Notes under the pieces: model-generated
Database searches by the model: none
What the model saw: only the letters and a program-made list of their open reading frames with translations
What the model was told of the DNA's origin: nothing
In this document: positions 55,497 to 64,000 of the stretch, one piece after another
How the letters are laid out: every line of letters starts with the position of its first letter
How positions within the stretch are numbered: the stretch's first letter is position 1
Assembly: GCA_041752275.1 (NCBI GenBank)
Contig: JBGSHK010000015.1
Location: 641 to 64,640 of the forward strand
From: Minisyncoccia bacterium
Lineage (GTDB): Bacteria; Patescibacteriota; Minisyncoccia; Phycocordibacterales; CAIZLB01
Length of the DNA stretch: 64,000 bases
Direction of reading: 5' to 3'
Translations under genes and position numbers: made by a program

Positions 55497-56054
55497 TTAT
55501 CTAAGTATTATCTGATTTTTTAACTTTATAAAATAAGATGAAAATCCATATTCTAAATGAGAAAATGTTGACCAAGAATAAAAATCAGCTATCTGTAGTG
55601 ATTTCTCTAAAGCAGGATCGGAAAACTGTAGTTTAATATTATAAGAATTAAATAAAGCAGATATATTTTTATTATAACTCTTTCTGGTGTCTCTTTTTGC
55701 TAAAGTGACCTGAAAAACTTTTAAAGCTGATAAATAGTCAATGGTTTTCTTTAATAAATATTCATATGGATCTTTTAAAACTATCCTACTTTTATCTAAA
55801 ACAAAAACAATACATTGTATATCATTTTTTTGTATTTCTTTGGTTAGCTTATTTTTTACCGCACCAGTCTCATTATAAGCATGTAAGATACTTGTCTTTT
55901 TTTTACCTAATTTAAATTTGTATATATTCTTGGCTATACGCCTCAAAACAAAAGGATCGTCAACTATAACAGCTGTAAGTATGAAATACCTTGTTGATTT
56001 CTTTGTATATCCAGTGTCTCCACTTTCATCTATGTATATGTATTTATTTTCCAT
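55497..56054 (-). CDS. DUF3800-family protein
   Basis: N-terminal YIYIDESGDTG and C-terminal QIADFYSWS, as in DUF3800. Confidence 0.5.
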   Translation of the reverse strand: MENKYIYIDESGDTGYTKKSTRYFILTAVIVDDPFVLRRIAKNIYKFKLGKKKTSILHAYNETGAVKNKLTKEIQKNDIQCIVFVLDKSRIVLKDPYEYLLKKTIDYLSALKVFQVTLAKRDTRKSYNKNISALFNSYNIKLQFSDPALEKSLQIADFYSWSTFSHLEYGFSSYFIKLKNQIILR

Positions 56055-56171
56055 CCATAAATCATATCAAACAGTTTATAAAATAATTATAAAGAAAAAA
56101 TAAAGATTCATCAAAGAAGGCATAAAAACTCAAAATTTTTTACATACTTAAATCTATGCTAAAATACCCTC

Positions 56172-56759
56172 ATGCTTCACAAAATATACCTCGACATAGA
56201 AACTCAAAACACATTCCAGATGGCAAACAGTAACAACCCTGTCGACTTGGACCTATCTATCATGTGTACATATGATACAAAAACAAACACTTATGAAAGT
56301 TACAACATAGAAACACTCCCCACTCTTTGGCCAAAGCTTGAAGCAACTGATATTATAGTAACTTTTAACGGTGATCATTTTGACCTTCCTATTATGAACA
56401 AATACTATAACGGTGACTTAACTAAGTTTCGTCATGTAGACCTTCTTAAAGAAGTACAAAAGTCTATCGGCCGCAGAGTCGGACTCGATAACATAGCCCA
56501 AGCAACACTCGGTGTAGGAAAAACTGGAAATGGTCTTGAAGCTATAACTTGGTGGAAAAACGGTGAAATAGATAAAATCATAGAGTATTGTAAAGGAGAT
56601 GTTAAGGTAACAAAAGAGGTATATGAGTATGCGATGAAAGAAAAAAAACTTTTTTATAGTGACGGAACTGAAAAAAAAGTTATACCTATAGAAACTAAGG
56701 ACTGGGAAAAAAAACATACAGAGTCGGATGGTATGTTGACTTACAGTCTTCCCTTTTAA
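56172..56759 (+). CDS. Predicted DEDD 3'-5' exonuclease (PolB-exonuclease-like / RNase H fold)
   Basis: Exo I YLDIETQ, Exo II FNGDHFDLPIM, Exo III YCKGDVKVTKEVYEY. Confidence 0.6.
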   Translation: MLHKIYLDIETQNTFQMANSNNPVDLDLSIMCTYDTKTNTYESYNIETLPTLWPKLEATDIIVTFNGDHFDLPIMNKYYNGDLTKFRHVDLLKEVQKSIGRRVGLDNIAQATLGVGKTGNGLEAITWWKNGEIDKIIEYCKGDVKVTKEVYEYAMKEKKLFYSDGTEKKVIPIETKDWEKKHTESDGMLTYSLPF

Positions 56760-56833
56760 ATTAGATATTTTTTAAAAATATAACACCGAAAAAAAAGGGG
56801 TGTTTATTTTTTAAAAAAAATTTGTAGGAAAGT

Positions 56834-56863
56834 TTGGGTAAAAACATTTTATTCTGTTATAAT
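56834..56863 (+). promoter_or_regulatory. Promoter TTGGGT-18-TATAAT ending 7 nt before the dsbA-like ATG (leaderless-type)
   Basis: -10 at 56858-56863, ATG at 56871. Confidence 0.45.
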
Positions 56864-56870
56864 ACAAGAT

Positions 56871-57665
56871 ATGGAAAATACACAAAATGAAACTACAAAT
56901 GCAAACTCAACACCGCAAGTAGTAAAAAACAAAAAAAATATTTCAAACTATATAACACCTATAGCTATAGTTATAGCAGGCATACTTATAGCTTCTGCTT
57001 TGTATACAAGAGGTGATGTATCTAAAGATACAAACAAAAACCTTATAGGCGAAGCTCTTTCTGGACCGAAACCTGAATTTACAGATATTAAATCAATAGA
57101 TCATATAAGAGGTAATAAAGATGCTAAAGTGGTTATTATAGAATATTCAGATATAGAATGTCCTTTCTGTAAAATATATCATTTAACAATGAAAAAAATA
57201 TATGAAGAGTTTAAGGGTGACAACCAAGTTGCTTGGGTGTATAGACATTTTCCTATATCTTATGGTGACAACCCACTACACAAAAATGCAGCCAAAGAAG
57301 CTGAGGCTACTGAGTGTGCGGCTGAGTTAGGTGGAAATGATATGTTTTGGGCATATACAGACGCCATATATGAAACTACACCATCAAATGACGGACTGGA
57401 TTTAGCTGAACTACCTAAAATAGCTGCAAAAGTTGGACTAGACGAAGTTAAGTTCGCAGAATGCTTAAGTAGTGGAAAATATGCAGACAAAGTTAAAGCG
57501 TCTTATGACGAGGCTATAAAAGCAGGTGCTCAAGGGACACCTTATACAGTTATAAAGTTTAAAGATGAATTTATACCTTTGGTAAACGAAACTGGTGATG
57601 GTTTGGGAGCATTACCTTACAATGTAATGAAGCAAATAGTTACAGAACTTTTAAATCAAAAATAA
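56871..57665 (+). CDS. DsbA-family thiol:disulfide oxidoreductase, membrane-anchored
   Basis: N-terminal TM helix; CPFC active site in DIECPFCKIYH. Confidence 0.7.
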   Translation: MENTQNETTNANSTPQVVKNKKNISNYITPIAIVIAGILIASALYTRGDVSKDTNKNLIGEALSGPKPEFTDIKSIDHIRGNKDAKVVIIEYSDIECPFCKIYHLTMKKIYEEFKGDNQVAWVYRHFPISYGDNPLHKNAAKEAEATECAAELGGNDMFWAYTDAIYETTPSNDGLDLAELPKIAAKVGLDEVKFAECLSSGKYADKVKASYDEAIKAGAQGTPYTVIKFKDEFIPLVNETGDGLGALPYNVMKQIVTELLNQK

Positions 57666-57684
57666 TTTTATAAAATAAATTAAA

Positions 57685-58797
57685 ATGGAAAAATATTTAT
57701 CAGTTAGAGTTCAAACTGCTTTATATATTTCCATTTTTTTTGTGTCTCTACATCATGTGTTTGTATACCTGACAAATTCTTCTGTATTGAGATATACTTT
57801 TGATTTAAATTTGAGTCAAGTAATACTTATATATGCAATCGCTTCTATAATAGGTATTTGTTTTTATTTAATACTTTTAAAAATAGGTATAAATAATAAT
57901 TTTAAAAAAAATATATATAAAATAGGTTTTATTGAAATAATATGTCTATTGTTGATGTATTATTTTTCTATAAATCAAAATATATATCTTTTTATGTTTT
58001 TATTTTTTATACATCATCTGATTACTCCATATATAATGTTTAACCTTGATTCTTTGTTTGAAGTATACACAAATATTCAAGAAAGAGGTCATGGTCGTGG
58101 TATTTATCTAACAGTTTGGAATATACCTTTTGTGATAGTACCGCTAATAATGTCTGTTTTAACTGTAAATAATATATCTATATCTTATTTTATTTCATCT
58201 TTGTTATTGATACCATTTTTATATATAGTATATTTTTATATTAAAAACCCAAAACCTGAAGAGAATTATCTTAAAAATATTGAAGAAAATAAACTAGCTT
58301 TAATGTTAAAAAATTTTTTTACAGATAAATTAAATCAAAAAGCTTTTATAATACAGTCATTGCTTCATTTATATTATGGATCAATAGTTGTAATTCTACC
58401 TATATATTTACACAGTGTATTTATGTTTGATTGGAATAAAATAGGTTTAATATTGGCCTGTATGACAGCACCTTTTATGTTGATACAAATACCTTTTGGT
58501 AATATGGAGGATAAAAGACATAATGAAAAATTTATCTTTAAACTAGGTTTATTTATATCTATTTTATTTACAGCAATAATTTTTTTAATAAATTCAAACA
58601 TGGATAGCAATACTGCTTTCTTACTATTTTGTGGTTTTTTATTTTTAAGTCATTCAGGCTGTGCACTTATAGAAATATCATTAGAAAGTATGTTTTATAA
58701 GCATATAACATACAAAGACAACACAGCCTTACTTATGTTTAGAATGGCTCGTATATTACCTTATAGTTTAGGTATATTGGCTTTGTTTTTTATGTAA
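57685..58797 (+). CDS. Polytopic membrane protein (~10 TM), hypothetical
   Basis: 370 aa, highly hydrophobic, located downstream of the dsbA-like gene. Confidence 0.5.
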   Translation: MEKYLSVRVQTALYISIFFVSLHHVFVYLTNSSVLRYTFDLNLSQVILIYAIASIIGICFYLILLKIGINNNFKKNIYKIGFIEIICLLLMYYFSINQNIYLFMFLFFIHHLITPYIMFNLDSLFEVYTNIQERGHGRGIYLTVWNIPFVIVPLIMSVLTVNNISISYFISSLLLIPFLYIVYFYIKNPKPEENYLKNIEENKLALMLKNFFTDKLNQKAFIIQSLLHLYYGSIVVILPIYLHSVFMFDWNKIGLILACMTAPFMLIQIPFGNMEDKRHNEKFIFKLGLFISILFTAIIFLINSNMDSNTAFLLFCGFLFLSHSGCALIEISLESMFYKHITYKDNTALLMFRMARILPYSLGILALFFM

Positions 58798-58877
58798 AAA
58801 ACCCTCTCTAAAAAATATGCATTCTCTAAAGAAGAAATGCATATTTTTTAGTTCATGTTTAGGTAAAAGAGAGGGTT

Positions 58878-59822
58878 TTATTTTTTCAAACATTCATTAT
58901 AATCAACAATGGTCTTATTAAAATTATCTATAACACCTCTAAGTATGTTTAATCTTTGATTATATGCTGTAACTTTTAAATTATATTCATTTAAATACTG
59001 CTTACTTGTTGACGGATCAGACTCTATAACGCCAGCCATTTTCTGTAATTCTCTCTCCTCTAACTCTAAGGCTGTTTTTTCTAAGTCTATGTTTTGTTGA
59101 ATATTAACATCAACCTCTGTACACGTGGGCAATGGTTTTGCAAAATGCTGTACAGCCATCCATTGCCTTTGACCTTTATAATCACCTATACCTACAGCCA
59201 CACCTATTTCTGTGTATTTAGGATTTAAAATATTTTCTTTATGAGTTGGACTATCCATCCAAGCTTTTACTAAAGATTTATCTGTATCAAAAATACCTAA
59301 AGCTAGATTTTCGCCGACTATTTGAAACTTATAGCTAACAGCTCTTACTAAATCAGCTGCAGTTTTGCCGTCCGGAGAGACATGTTCAAAATATTGACCG
59401 GTAAACATATCATCTGTTTTTAATGATGCAGATTTATTTAATTTTGTACTTTTGACCAGTTCAGGTAAGCCTACTTTTTTCCTCTCCACATTTGTATAAT
59501 ATATGACACCGTCAACACTTATCTTTGTATCTTTTTTAACAACAGGTGTATTAGTTGAGTTATAAGACTTAACCGTTGTAGTTGCCTTAAGATTACCAGT
59601 AAAATCCTGATTTTTTACATCATTATATACATCATCAGATGTTACCGAAGTATCTTCATTTATAGTTTTAAAAAACAATTTTGTATACTCAATCTTTTCT
59701 TGAAACCAAGCACTATTTTTATGTAAAAAGAAAAAACTTAACATTATTAGTACAAATATGATTATATAGCGTATTACTGCAAACATTGTATTAAATATAT
59801 TCTTTTTTTGATTATTTAGCAA
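58878..59822 (-). CDS. CAP (SCP/PR-1)-domain protein with an N-terminal TM anchor
   Basis: GENLA...W..S..H..NIL......GVAVG CAP motifs. Confidence 0.6.
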   Translation of the reverse strand: MLNNQKKNIFNTMFAVIRYIIIFVLIMLSFFFLHKNSAWFQEKIEYTKLFFKTINEDTSVTSDDVYNDVKNQDFTGNLKATTTVKSYNSTNTPVVKKDTKISVDGVIYYTNVERKKVGLPELVKSTKLNKSASLKTDDMFTGQYFEHVSPDGKTAADLVRAVSYKFQIVGENLALGIFDTDKSLVKAWMDSPTHKENILNPKYTEIGVAVGIGDYKGQRQWMAVQHFAKPLPTCTEVDVNIQQNIDLEKTALELEERELQKMAGVIESDPSTSKQYLNEYNLKVTAYNQRLNILRGVIDNFNKTIVDYNECLKK

Positions 59823-60705
59823 TATAAACCAACTCTAAACACATAAACATAGGTATTTCTTTACGTGCATCATCTTCAGCTTTTTGACGACCCCCACCCT
59901 CTTCACTCTTTTTATGAGATATCCATTCTTCTATGCGTGATATAGCAAAACCGTGTTTATTGAAAATCTTTGAAAAATACTGCAAAGGATGATGATATGA
60001 TATTGTCTCTTCACTTTTTTGACCAGAGGCACGAAGTCCAGGATTCATATCTATAGTATACTTTTTATCAGACATATAGTTAAAAACAATTCTCCCCTGT
60101 TTATGCAAAGTGGTGTCATATTTCCAATCACTTTCTTTAGGTATACGAAAACTTGGATGATTTATAACAAAAAAACATTTTCCACCAGATTTTATGACAC
60201 GACCTATTTCTTTTATAACAGTATCGACATCACTCATGTTTTGTAAAGCTAAAACAGAATAAACTTTATCTATACTTTTATCTTTTATATGTGACAAGTT
60301 TACAGCATCAGTGTGTACTAGATTTATATTTTTATTTTGAGCAAATTTGACCTCTGCTATTTTTAACAACTTTTCAGCAAGATCAATACCTTCTATGTGA
60401 ACTTTTGGATTTTTATCGAGTATTTTTTCTATAAAAAATCCTTGACCGCAACCTAAGTCTAAAAACCTTTCCGTGTCCTTAGTGTCAAGTAGTCTTAAAA
60501 GACTAGGTAATATAACCTTATGTTGATAATTGTCTTCATCTTTTAGATATTCATCATACCACTCTGTTACACCCGACCAACTTGTTGTCTTACTTTGTGG
60601 CTGGATTTTTTGCGGCCGGTTTTTTTGAAACAGCTTTTTTAACGGCTGGCTTTGCAGGTGATTTTGATTTTCCTCCTGATAATAGTTGGGTTTTCTTGGC
60701 TTCAT
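59812..60705 (-). CDS. Class I SAM-dependent methyltransferase (N-terminal ~38 codons low-complexity and overlapping the upstream gene; start uncertain)
   Basis: Motif I LDLGCGQGFF, motif post-I, TEWYDEY. Confidence 0.7.
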   Translation of the reverse strand: MKPRKPNYYQEENQNHLQSQPLKKLFQKNRPQKIQPQSKTTSWSGVTEWYDEYLKDEDNYQHKVILPSLLRLLDTKDTERFLDLGCGQGFFIEKILDKNPKVHIEGIDLAEKLLKIAEVKFAQNKNINLVHTDAVNLSHIKDKSIDKVYSVLALQNMSDVDTVIKEIGRVIKSGGKCFFVINHPSFRIPKESDWKYDTTLHKQGRIVFNYMSDKKYTIDMNPGLRASGQKSEETISYHHPLQYFSKIFNKHGFAISRIEEWISHKKSEEGGGRQKAEDDARKEIPMFMCLELVYIAK

Positions 60706-61042
60706 CTTTTATTTTTTTCCAGTTTGATTTTAATTCTTTTGTAATTTCAGTAACCTCCTCAACTGTCATACCTTTTATTTTTTGATATTTTGCAGATAAA
60801 TCGTCAACAATTTTAGTATAAACAGCTTCATCTATTTCTTTTGCTTTTTCTAATTTTTCTAACAACTCACCTTTCATTTTAAATGACCAACTCTTTAGAT
60901 GTTTTAAGCTTTTTTTACCTTTTTCTGTATTAAACAAAAAGTGTGCACCAAGCAATGCTGAAGCAAACAGTCCTGTTATTCCCGCAGCTATAGCAATGTT
61001 ATGATTTCCATCTTTTTTAGTGTTGTTTTTTGTATTTGTCAT
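60590..61042 (-). CDS. YtxH/DUF948-like small membrane protein with a Lys/Ala-rich histone-H1-like tail
   Basis: N-terminal TM IAIAAGITGLFASALLGAHF, coiled coil, C-terminal KSPAKPAVKKAVSKKPAAK. Confidence 0.4.
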   Translation of the reverse strand: MTNTKNNTKKDGNHNIAIAAGITGLFASALLGAHFLFNTEKGKKSLKHLKSWSFKMKGELLEKLEKAKEIDEAVYTKIVDDLSAKYQKIKGMTVEEVTEITKELKSNWKKIKDEAKKTQLLSGGKSKSPAKPAVKKAVSKKPAAKNPATK

Positions 61043-61084
61043 ATGCTTATATTATAGCATAGAACTCAATTAAAAAAGCAAGTG

Positions 61085-61348
61085 CTATTTTTTACCCTTC
61101 TTCTTAGACTTAGCAAAAAATGATATGATCGGTAACAATATAGGTAAAACAACTGGAGCAGCTTTCTTAACAAAGTTGTTAGATTTTACCTCTTCGAGAA
61201 AAGCATCACCCTGCTTTACAGCTTTAGCTATAAACTGATACAGCTTTACAGCAGACAACAAGAGTATAGTAAACAATATTATAAGAATAATAACCAGTAT
61301 CGTAGTTACAAAGAAAAATATGTTTGCATTGTTGTTGATGAAATCCAT
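61085..61348 (-). CDS. Small membrane protein, hypothetical
   Basis: 87 aa with two hydrophobic helices and a basic C-terminus. Confidence 0.4.
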   Translation of the reverse strand: MDFINNNANIFFFVTTILVIILIILFTILLLSAVKLYQFIAKAVKQGDAFLEEVKSNNFVKKAAPVVLPILLPIISFFAKSKKKGKK

Positions 61349-61387
61349 GTGTTAAGTATATATGTAAGTTTAGTTTTTAACAATATT

Positions 61388-62587
61388 TTACTCTTCAACA
61401 ATCTCCTCTATAACCTCTATAACCTCGTCCTTCTCACCTATGAGAGGTGTATCAGTTACCTTGTTTAACTTTCTATCTATTGCCCTACTTCTAGTCATAG
61501 CTTGCTCTATAGTGTTACCTGCTTCTTGTATCTTTTTATGAGTTTTCTCAAGTATTACACCAAAGTTGTTAAACTCTTTTTTAACTACACCAAGTATTTC
61601 CCAAACCTCACTTGATCTTTTTTGTATAGAAAGTGTTTTGAAGCCCATTTGTAAACTGTTAAGTATAGCTTGTACTGTTGTTGGACCTGTTATAATCACA
61701 TTGTACTCACGTCGTACCGACTCAAAAAGTCCAGGTATACGTAACACTTCAGCATACAAACTCTCAACTGGCAGAAAAAGCAAACCGAAGTCAGTCGTGT
61801 ATGGAGTGTCTATATATTTATTTTTTATATCTTTAGCTTCAGCTTTTATCCTAGTCTCTAAGTTTTTTGAAAATAAAATCAAGTCTTCGTTGTTTTCTCT
61901 AGCTTCCATAAGTCTTTGATAGTCCTCTAGCGGAAACTTGGCATCTATGGGCAACCAAATATGTTTTATATCATCACTATTTCCAGGAAGTTTGATAGCA
62001 TACTCAACGTTGTCTCCTGAGCCTTTCTTTGTTTTAACATTTTTTTCATATTGATCTGGTGTAAATATTTCTTCTATAAGATTTCCAAGCTGAACTTCAC
62101 CCCATGTTCCACGAGTCTTAACATTTGACAATATCTTCTTAAGATCTCCCACCCCTGCCGCCACAGTTTGCATCTCACCAAGTCCTTTATGTACTTGATC
62201 AAGTCTATCAGACACCATCTTGAACGACTCTCCGAAACGTCTCTCAAGAGTAGCATGCAACTTTTCATCAACAGTCTCTCTCATCTTTTCAAGTTTTTCA
62301 GAGTTGTCTTTTTGCAAATTGTTTAAACGACCTTCTACAACCTGGGTTATACTAGAAAAGTTTGTGTTAAGTGTTTTACCTAACTCTTCACGTATCTCTT
62401 TTTGCCCACTATTATTTTCTTGACGTGAACGCATCATCTCATCTTTAAGTTGAGACTCTAAACGTTGTATATGTGACAATAAATCAATACTAGCTTCATC
62501 TTTTCTTTTGAAAAGAACAACTATCAATAAACTTATTATTAATATACTTTGTATTATTAGTATTACGGTTATCATGATTAGTGTCAA
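61388..62587 (-). CDS. rmuC: DNA recombination protein RmuC
   Basis: N-terminal TM helix, long coiled coil, conserved RmuC C-terminal region. Confidence 0.75.
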   Translation of the reverse strand: MTLIMITVILIIQSILIISLLIVVLFKRKDEASIDLLSHIQRLESQLKDEMMRSRQENNSGQKEIREELGKTLNTNFSSITQVVEGRLNNLQKDNSEKLEKMRETVDEKLHATLERRFGESFKMVSDRLDQVHKGLGEMQTVAAGVGDLKKILSNVKTRGTWGEVQLGNLIEEIFTPDQYEKNVKTKKGSGDNVEYAIKLPGNSDDIKHIWLPIDAKFPLEDYQRLMEARENNEDLILFSKNLETRIKAEAKDIKNKYIDTPYTTDFGLLFLPVESLYAEVLRIPGLFESVRREYNVIITGPTTVQAILNSLQMGFKTLSIQKRSSEVWEILGVVKKEFNNFGVILEKTHKKIQEAGNTIEQAMTRSRAIDRKLNKVTDTPLIGEKDEVIEVIEEIVEE

Positions 62588-62589
62588 AA

Positions 62590-63639
62590 TTATAAATCTT
62601 GACTATGTGTTACTTGATTAATATGTGCAGATAAACCGGTTTCATTCTCTAAAGTATATTTTCCCTCCAATGCCAGAGTATTCATGTTTAGTCTATCAAT
62701 AAATATTTTTCTTATCTCATCTGTATCTGCTTTTTTTGAAAATGCTTCTAAAACTGGATCTTGAAGGGCACGTGAATATGAATATGTTATAGGAAACTTA
62801 TATGGTCCTTGTTGCATAATCAATGAAAGGTTTAAAGTTGCTTCTGTTGGAGTTTGTCCTCCTGAAAGGAATACTACACCCCCTATAGTCTCTGGAACAG
62901 TAGACAAAAGTATACGTGAGGTTTCGCGAGCTATGTCCTCTTGAGATACTTTCACAGGAGAATCCTTTCCTGCCAATACCATAGCGGTTTTAAGTATGAC
63001 GTTTTTTATATCCACTCTATACAATGCCAAGTCTCCAAAAAGATGAGTAAGTACATGTGACATTTTTTCACAACACTCGTCTATTGTATGTCCGCCCGCA
63101 TACATCACCTCAGGCTCTATGATAGGAACTATACCAGCCTCCTGTGCCAAAGATGCATATATAGCCAAGTTTCTTAGGTTGAGCTCTATGATCTCATCTG
63201 TCGATGTAGTAACATCTATCACCACCCTCCATTTACAAAAGCGAGCTCCAAGTGAAAAATATTCTTCAAATCTTTTTTTAAGCCCATCTATTCCTATAGT
63301 CATTTTTTCTCCAGGAAAATTTGGAAAATCGGCCAAACCTTCATCAACTTTTATACCTGGAACTATGTTGTTTTCTTCACAATACTTTGCAAAAGTTTTG
63401 CCTGACTCTATTTCTTGTCTAAAAGTCTCATCATGAAATATGACGCCACTAATATAGTTATGCAGATCTGGTGTTGCAATAAGAGCTGTTCTAAAAGCTA
63501 ATCTGTTTTCCATTGTTTGATCTATGTTTAAAGCTTCAAAACGCTTGTTTATAGATGCAACGGACTCGTCAGCCGCAAGTATACCTTTGTCTGGTGAGAA
63601 TAATGCTTTTATAGTATTTTGTAATATTTCTGATTTCAT
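62590..63639 (-). CDS. fba: Fructose-bisphosphate aldolase, class I
   Basis: KGILAADES...KRF N-terminal signature of class I FBA; 349 aa. Confidence 0.8.
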   Translation of the reverse strand: MKSEILQNTIKALFSPDKGILAADESVASINKRFEALNIDQTMENRLAFRTALIATPDLHNYISGVIFHDETFRQEIESGKTFAKYCEENNIVPGIKVDEGLADFPNFPGEKMTIGIDGLKKRFEEYFSLGARFCKWRVVIDVTTSTDEIIELNLRNLAIYASLAQEAGIVPIIEPEVMYAGGHTIDECCEKMSHVLTHLFGDLALYRVDIKNVILKTAMVLAGKDSPVKVSQEDIARETSRILLSTVPETIGGVVFLSGGQTPTEATLNLSLIMQQGPYKFPITYSYSRALQDPVLEAFSKKADTDEIRKIFIDRLNMNTLALEGKYTLENETGLSAHINQVTHSQDL

Positions 63640-63699
63640 AGAGTTATTATGTCATATTTTAGGTTTTTTTGATAACTTGACTTGTTGTCTATAGTTTTG

Positions 63700-63836
63700 A
63701 TACATTATATATGTATTACTTATGACGCTGGATACCTTCTCTGGCTGACCATACAGGTCTTGATTGGTATTATAGGCATACAGAAGGCCCCCTACTTATA
63801 ACGTTTCCTCTACCGAGGAGGCGTTTTAAGTTTTTA
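63700..63836 (+). ncRNA. Candidate small RNA or riboswitch-type leader: -35 TTGACT at 63676, then a ~130-nt GC-richer segment ending in a 10-bp stem ACGUUUCCUC-UACC-GAGGAGGCGU + U-run
   Basis: No ORF; GC-rich relative to flanks; terminator at 63801-63836. Confidence 0.3.
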
Positions 63837-64000
63837 TTATTTATAGACTTTGTTTCAAAGTATGTGACAATAAAAAAACCATTATCTCTATTTGCTGCAA
63901 TTAATAAATAGTTAAATGAATTAGGTATTTGCTTTATTAAATTTATTTTATCTATATCTTTATATTTATATAATAAAGCATATTCCCACTCAAAAGCATT

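Overview
Very AT-rich (~30% GC), gene-dense bacterial chromosome segment. Most genes are on the minus strand and the standard genetic code is in use: rpoB, rpoC, gyrB and pyrG are intact with TGA, TAG and TAA as stops. Housekeeping core includes rpoB-rpoC, RNase J, RF2 (no programmed frameshift), gyrB, pheS/pheT, trpS, hisS, pyrG, ndk, mutM, class I FBA, RmuC, and one tRNA-Gln(CUG). Interspersed is a large complement of secreted and surface proteins: a GWINF-repeat protein, a GLUG-repeat protein, a CARDB protein, a CAP-domain protein, sortase, DsbA/thioredoxin-like proteins and a TIM-barrel hydrolase-like protein. A type IV pilus-like operon (ATPase, PilC, two prepilin-like proteins) is followed by a processive GT2 and a thioredoxin-fold protein. 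An ECF sigma/anti-sigma pair is present, and a lexA operon sits behind a Cheo-box-type SOS box. A convergently arranged isoprenoid/carotenoid-type locus is present (polyprenyl synthase, phytoene/squalene synthase-like, CrtI-like desaturase and UbiA prenyltransferase). Shortened proteins, type IV pili and sortase, few Shine-Dalgarno motifs and many leaderless-looking promoters suggest a reduced-genome lineage, possibly CPR/Patescibacteria-like; this is inference only. Several higher-GC islands stand out: a 45% GC beta-barrel OMP-like gene next to lexA, a ~640-bp ~50% GC insert carrying a ~200-codon ORF broken by a single in-frame TGA, and a ~45% GC small ORF upstream of rpoB. Other anomalies are an in-frame TAG separating a secreted repeat protein from its likely C-terminal peptidoglycan-binding domain, an A8 homopolymer frameshift at the start of a secreted protein, a duplicated MazF/PemK-like module (one copy truncated), a 537-bp pheS-pheT spacer with two bidirectional terminators, and several GC-rich structured non-coding candidates (one SRP-RNA-like). 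No CRISPR array, rRNA, transposase or integrase was seen.
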